The notes under the pieces: model-generated
Told to the model about the DNA's origin: nothing
What the model saw: the letters and a program-made list of their open reading frames with translations, nothing else
The model's database searches: none
Source: an uncultured Eubacteriales bacterium
Lineage (GTDB): Bacteria > Bacillota > Clostridia > Oscillospirales > CAG-382
Length of the DNA stretch: 64,000 bases
Direction of reading: 5' to 3'
Assembly: GCA_934446675.1 (NCBI GenBank)
Contig: CAKSEL010000003.1
Coordinates: 151,318 to 215,317 of the forward strand
Position numbers and translations under genes: made by a program
Shown: piece after piece, positions 61,848 to 64,000 of the stretch
Numbering within the stretch: position 1 is the first letter of the stretch
Layout: each line of letters opens with the position of its first letter

Positions 61848-62795
61848 ATGGAAATACCGGTTTATCTTTTCACCGGCTTTCTCGAAGCCGGAAAGACAAA
61901 ATTCATACAGGAAACTCTTGAAGATTCGGGCTTTAACAAGGGCGAAAAAATGCTGCTGCTTGTCTGCGAAGATGGCGAAGAAGAATACGATATGTCCTCG
62001 TTTTCGGGACAGAACGTGACGATTGCGGCGCTTGAGGACAAGTCGGAGCTTACCGCGGCAAATCTCGAAAAACTGAGACGTGACGCAAATGCCGAGAGAG
62101 TGCTCATAGAGTATAACGGAATGTGGATGCTTGACGAGCTTTATCAGAATCTTCCCGAAGGCTGGATAGTCTATCAGGAAATGATGTTCGCGGACGCAAA
62201 TACTTTTGAAAACTACAACGCGAACATGAGAAGCCTTGTCGGAGATAAGCTCAAGAGCTGCGAAATATGCATTTTCAACCGTGCAAAGAAGGATTTTGAT
62301 AAGCTTGCTTTGCATAAGATCGTGCGTTCTGTGTCGAGAAAAGCCGACATCGCATACGAATATGCTGACGGACAGGTGGAATACGACGATATCGAAGATC
62401 CGCTTCCGTTTGACAAGAACGCCGGCGTAATTGTGATAAAGGACGAGGATTTCGGTCTGTGGTACCGCGATTTTGCAGAGAACACGAACGATTATATAGG
62501 CAAGACCGTCAAAATTCACGCGCTTGTCACAAGAAACAAGCTTATAAACGCAAAGAGCGAGATCGTCGTCGGCAGACGCATTATGACGTGCTGCGAGGCG
62601 GATATTGCATATAAAGGTCTGCTTTGCAGAACCGATAAGGCTCTCGATTTTTCGCAGGGCGACTGGGTTGACCTGACGGCGAAGATTTCCATGGAAAAAC
62701 ACCGTGTCTACAAGAGCAAGGCAGGTCCCGTTCTTACGGCGTCGGAAATTTCAAAATCGTCAGAACCCGAAAATCCCGTTGCGACGTTCTATTGA
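61848..62795 (+). CDS. Degenerate CobW-like NTPase domain fused to a DUF1980-like CCxxD C-terminal domain
   Basis: Walker A-like GFLEAGKT but no CxCC motif. The C-terminus GKTVKIHALV..VVGRRIMTCCEADIAYKGLLC resembles the TIGR03943/DUF1980 family. That family call is from memory. Confidence 0.6.
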   Translation: MEIPVYLFTGFLEAGKTKFIQETLEDSGFNKGEKMLLLVCEDGEEEYDMSSFSGQNVTIAALEDKSELTAANLEKLRRDANAERVLIEYNGMWMLDELYQNLPEGWIVYQEMMFADANTFENYNANMRSLVGDKLKSCEICIFNRAKKDFDKLALHKIVRSVSRKADIAYEYADGQVEYDDIEDPLPFDKNAGVIVIKDEDFGLWYRDFAENTNDYIGKTVKIHALVTRNKLINAKSEIVVGRRIMTCCEADIAYKGLLCRTDKALDFSQGDWVDLTAKISMEKHRVYKSKAGPVLTASEISKSSEPENPVATFY

Positions 62796-62909
62796 TAAAA
62801 CCGTTAATTCAAGTTTGAATTTTGCCCGGTATGCGTGCTTTTTGCCATGCGTACCGGGTCGTTTTGCGCGTATATCTTTTGCGGTTGTTTGTAAACTTTT
62901 ATAAGTCTG

Positions 62910-62938
62910 TTGACTTATGAGCAAAAATGGTGCATAAT
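62910..62938 (+). promoter_or_regulatory. SigmaA-type promoter upstream of RNase J
   Basis: TTGACT (62910-62915), 17 nt, CATAAT (62933-62938). This implies a ~330-nt 5' UTR. Confidence 0.5.
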
Positions 62939-63271
62939 ATTATACGGATAGACTTGCACGGAAGTAACGCGGGTCTTATGTGCCGCAAAAAAGCGGACTC
63001 GTACACAAATCTGCCCACGGCACGGAGAAACGGTACTACGGTATAATGCCGGATCTTCGTAAAAAAGCAAAACCCTTTTACCGCTGTTCTCTTTTTTCAG
63101 CGGTGAATTGCTTTGCGCTCTCTGTTAGAAAAGGCAATAATGAAAAAGCTCCCGTTTTTGTGCGGTTTTCGGGCGTGTGTTTTTTTGCGTCAATTTACGC
63201 GGCGTGTCTTTTTCGGCACCGCGGTACATAAATAAATTTTAACATTCAATATTGAAAGGAAAGGTGTTTTT

Positions 63272-64000
63272 ATGCCGAGAACAAGATCAAAAGGCAATAA
63301 AAAACAGAACATGACAAAGGTTAAGGTCATACCTCTCGGAGGTCTCGGAGAAATAGGGAAAAACATGACCGTCGTCGAATACGAAAACGACATGATAGTT
63401 ATTGACGCAGGTCTCGGTTTTCCCGATGAAAGTATGCCGGGCGTTGACCTTGTAATACCGGATACGACATATATAGAAGAAAATATAGATAAGCTGCGCG
63501 GTTATCTTATAACGCACGGACACGAAGATCATATAGGCGCGTTTCCGTATGTTCTGAGAATGGCAAACGCTCCTGTTTACGGAACTCTGCTCTCGCTGGG
63601 AATTGTCGAATCAAAGCTTGAGGAACACGGACTTTTAGGTTCCGTGTCTTTAAATCAGGTAAACGCGGGCGATAAACTGAAACTCGGCGCGTTCACGGTT
63701 GAATTTATAAGAGTAAACCACTCGATTGCGGACTCCTGCGCCATTGCGGTGACGTGCGAAGCCGGAACGCTTGTATTTTCGGGAGATTTCAAGATAGATC
63801 TTACTCCGATACAGGGAGAGCCGATAAATCTTGCGCGTTTTGCGGAACTGGGAAAAGAGGGCGTGCTTGCGCTGTTTCTCGAATCCACCAACGCCGAAAG
63901 AAACGGATATACCATGTCCGAACGCACGGTAGGAAAGTCGCTTGACGATATTTTCATGCGCAACATGGACAAGCGCATTATTATAGCCACTTTCTCGTCA
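63272..64000 (+). CDS. rnj: Ribonuclease J (N-terminal part; continues beyond the window)
   Basis: Absent from the track because there is no stop in the window. Reads MPRTRSKGNKKQNMTKVKVIPLGGLGEIGKNMTVVEYENDMIVIDAGLGFP..YLITHGHEDHIGAFPYVL (metallo-beta-lactamase HxHxDH motif of RNase J). An alternative start is the ATG at 63311. Confidence 0.9.
   Translation, partial: MPRTRSKGNKKQNMTKVKVIPLGGLGEIGKNMTVVEYENDMIVIDAGLGFPDESMPGVDLVIPDTTYIEENIDKLRGYLITHGHEDHIGAFPYVLRMANAPVYGTLLSLGIVESKLEEHGLLGSVSLNQVNAGDKLKLGAFTVEFIRVNHSIADSCAIAVTCEAGTLVFSGDFKIDLTPIQGEPINLARFAELGKEGVLALFLESTNAERNGYTMSERTVGKSLDDIFMRNMDKRIIIATFSS

Noticed and set aside
62980-63231. 83-aa ORF in the spacer upstream of RNase J, and a 31-codon ATG ORF at about 63142
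   Set aside because: No convincing RBS, odd composition and overlap with predicted hairpins. The region is treated as a 5' UTR.

Overview
The window looks like a chromosomal segment of a Gram-positive, spore-forming anaerobe. The Clostridia-type assignment is an inference from spoIIP, a T-box leader, many consensus TTGACA-17-TATAAT promoters and cohesin/dockerin proteins. I call about 45 protein genes.

Housekeeping blocks:
- htpG (cut by the window start) and pyruvate:ferredoxin oxidoreductase.
- metNIQ.
- An M16 peptidase pair, then lgt, mreC, comEC and holA.
- comFC and lexA.
- spoIIP.
- A T-box-controlled ilvBNCD operon.
- rplJ-rplL.
- A COG0523 metallochaperone pair.
- RNase J (cut by the window end).

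Surface and accessory blocks:
- A small cohesin/dockerin locus.
- Two BspA-type LRR proteins.
- A 1271-aa Big_2 protein.
- GH30, VanY and a CAP-domain protein.
- A 2549-aa cyclic-beta-1,2-glucan-synthase-like protein.

I saw no rRNA, tRNA, CRISPR array, transposase or integrase.

Most unusual signals:
1. A modular ORF-free repeat family fills three intergenic regions (10.56-10.81 kb, 12.26-13.34 kb, 28.05-28.92 kb). It combines a ~160-nt X module, a shared terminator hairpin and a ~0.5-0.6 kb A module. The A module keeps its helices through compensatory base changes. The X module is tandemly triplicated in one place, and inverted X copies bracket a MATE transporter gene.
2. A Met/Cys-rich 34-codon leader ORF plus an intrinsic terminator lies upstream of metNIQ, where no SAM riboswitch or T-box is recognisable.
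3. A 355-bp type-I toxin-antitoxin-like cassette is flanked by 16-nt direct repeats of the rplJ promoter. It carries a 23-codon hydrophobic ORF and a convergent consensus promoter for an antisense RNA.
4. A COG0523 GTPase has a ~100-residue His/Asp/Glu/Cys insert. Its neighbour is a degenerate paralog fused to a CCxxD domain.

All family assignments come from reading motifs by eye. No database search was run.
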